Shown: piece after piece, positions 62,609-64,000 of the stretch | How positions within the stretch are numbered: the first letter of the stretch is position 1 | Layout: the number at the start of each line of letters is the position of its first letter | From: Rhizobiaceae bacterium | Lineage (GTDB): Bacteria > Pseudomonadota > Alphaproteobacteria > Rhizobiales > Rhizobiaceae | Length of the DNA stretch: 64,000 nt | Assembly: GCA_017643025.1 (NCBI GenBank) | Contig: JAEPOG010000004.1 | Span: 480,141-544,140, forward strand | Reading direction: 5' to 3' | Translations under genes and position numbers: made by a program | The notes under the pieces: model-generated | What the model was told of the DNA's origin: nothing | Seen by the model: only the letters and a program-made list of their open reading frames with translations | Databases searched by the model: none

Positions 62609-62998
62609 GCTCGATTCCCGCTGCCAGGGATGTTGACCGGGCTTTTAGCGGCGTCAGCCCACATTGCAAGACCGAGTGCGTTGCGCGAGGCCACCTTTGC
62701 CCAGGAAAGCCTGAGGCCGGACCAAGCAGGCGCACCTGGCTCGTTACGCCCGCTCCATCACATCAAGTAATATTGCGTCTCATTTTGAGCAGTGACCATC
62801 TGCTTTCCAATATTTCCGCGGTAACGGAATATATCATTCTGAAAAAATCGAATGCGTATTCGATGTTACTAATGAGACCGAAGAACAAGTCAATTTTTCG
62901 ACTTAATCGCTCCATGAATCAGCCTTTTTTCGGCACCAGCTTCCCGACCGGCAACAGCCCGTGGGCATATGGGCAGTATCCACTGAGGAGTTATCCAA

Positions 62999-63229
62999 AT
63001 GAGGCACATTCTCGCAGCTCTGACCGTTGTCGCATTCACCGCGCCCGCGCTCGCGCAGGACGAGATGATGAAGGACTTCGCTACGGTCGATGCCGACGCC
63101 AGCGGCTCCGTGACGTGGGAAGAGGTGCAGGCCGCCCTCCCTGAGGTGACCGAGGACATCTACCAGTCGGCAGACGCCGACGGCAGCGGCGACCTTTCGG
63201 AAGAAGAGTTCGTCCAGATCTCCGGCTGA
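62999..63229 (+). CDS. Small secreted acidic EF-hand protein
   Basis: GAGGAG RBS, signal peptide, two loops DADASGSVTWEE and DADGSGDLSEEE. Confidence 0.88.
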   Translation: MRHILAALTVVAFTAPALAQDEMMKDFATVDADASGSVTWEEVQAALPEVTEDIYQSADADGSGDLSEEEFVQISG

Positions 63230-63254
63230 TCGGACATCCATCATCATCGCAGCG

Positions 63255-63279
63255 TGCCGGCCGGGAACCCCGGCCGGCA
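63255..63279. terminator. Hairpin between convergent EF-hand and lipoprotein genes
   Basis: TGCCGGCCGGG-AAC-CCCGGCCGGCA followed by TTCTGCTTCTT. Confidence 0.6.
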
Positions 63280-63292
63280 TTCTGCTTCTTGA

Positions 63293-63901
63293 TCAGCCCG
63301 CGGCCGAAGCTAGCCAGACAGCGAGGTCGTCAATGGTTCGGTCGGCAATCGCTTCCATTGTCGATGGCGTGACGGCGGCCCAACCTTCGCCCGCTCCGGG
63401 CTGCTTCTGTTGACCTTGTATCCTGTGCAACCGGTTGCCAGCTGGGTCGAGCACATCCCAGACATAAATGACCGTGGTTTCACGCGCCTCAGTGAAGGCC
63501 GAGAAATAGCCCTTCATGACATGGGTCGTGCCGGCATCGCTGGCCGCTGCCACACCAACGCCGCGCTGCGCCGCCCGTGATCGAAGGCGCGCGGACAAGG
63601 TTGGTATCGCCTCGGCGGACACACCGATTACCGGTGCGAACTGAACACGGGCGTTGGTGTTGATCGTAGCAACTTGCGGCGCGGCGGCAGGCGCCTGGCC
63701 ATTTCCCGAAAACAGCGTACCGGTCTGCGCAGAGCCCGGCTCCCCCGCCCCGGTTGGCGGCGGCAGCGGTCCGTCGGAGCGCAGTTCCTCGGCGGTTAGC
63801 GGCTGAAGGGAAGACGGCTCAACGACCTGTCCCGGTCCGGTGCATGCCGACACGACCAACACGGCCGATATGGCTGCAGTGATGCGAAGCGGGTGTTTCA
63901 T
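63293..63901 (-). CDS. Lipoprotein of unknown function
   Basis: Lipobox VSA-C; KGYFSAF...YVWDV.D..GNRLHRI motif; usual prs neighbour. Confidence 0.85.
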   Translation of the reverse strand: MKHPLRITAAISAVLVVSACTGPGQVVEPSSLQPLTAEELRSDGPLPPPTGAGEPGSAQTGTLFSGNGQAPAAAPQVATINTNARVQFAPVIGVSAEAIPTLSARLRSRAAQRGVGVAAASDAGTTHVMKGYFSAFTEARETTVIYVWDVLDPAGNRLHRIQGQQKQPGAGEGWAAVTPSTMEAIADRTIDDLAVWLASAAG

Positions 63902-64000
63902 CCGTGCCCATTCCCACCCGACGCCGTTACGCCGATGGCGCCCGGTCGCCCGTTTTCTCCCTTCATTGTGACATTCAACGGACGATCAAGTCGAGATCAT

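Noticed and set aside
62785-62800. TGAGCAG similarity to the NiCo riboswitch, and GAAT...ATTC similarity to Irr/Fur boxes
   Set aside because: The remaining conserved nucleotides and spacing do not match.

Overview
High-GC alphaproteobacterial chromosomal window (Rhizobiales/Hyphomicrobiales-like, probably Phyllobacteriaceae, judged from gene order and protein similarity). Most genes are on the minus strand. Core backbone: pntB-pntAB-pntAA, aa3 oxidase subunit IV, ffh-chorismate mutase-rpsP, argG, rlmN-ialB, uvrB, ychF-pth-rplY and prs. Interspersed accessory genes: a secreted VWA protein with six tandem 94-aa repeats divergent from a lower-GC TIR-TM-periplasmic protein; a Crp/Fnr-acyl-CoA ligase-Liv-type ABC operon; a membrane GGDEF-EAL protein followed by a FeeM-like N-acyl synthase, each preceded by a CtrA-type box; a fused indolepyruvate oxidoreductase; an ArsR-SRPBCC-DUF1761 operon; an sqdBDC sulfolipid operon flanked by a Tat-exported FAD oxidase and an uncharacterised three-gene membrane cluster; and a rhodanese-chrA cassette. 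I found no tRNA, rRNA, CRISPR array, transposase or integrase. Best candidates for undescribed biology: (1) the TIR transmembrane receptor with its VWA-repeat neighbour, (2) a CtrA-timed c-di-GMP/N-acyl-amide module upstream of a fatty-acid uptake operon, (3) the DUF4383/PEW-protein/hydrolase plus FAD-oxidase/sqd locus, and (4) structured leaders upstream of rplY and of an EF-hand gene. All product calls come from motif recognition by eye; no database searches were run.
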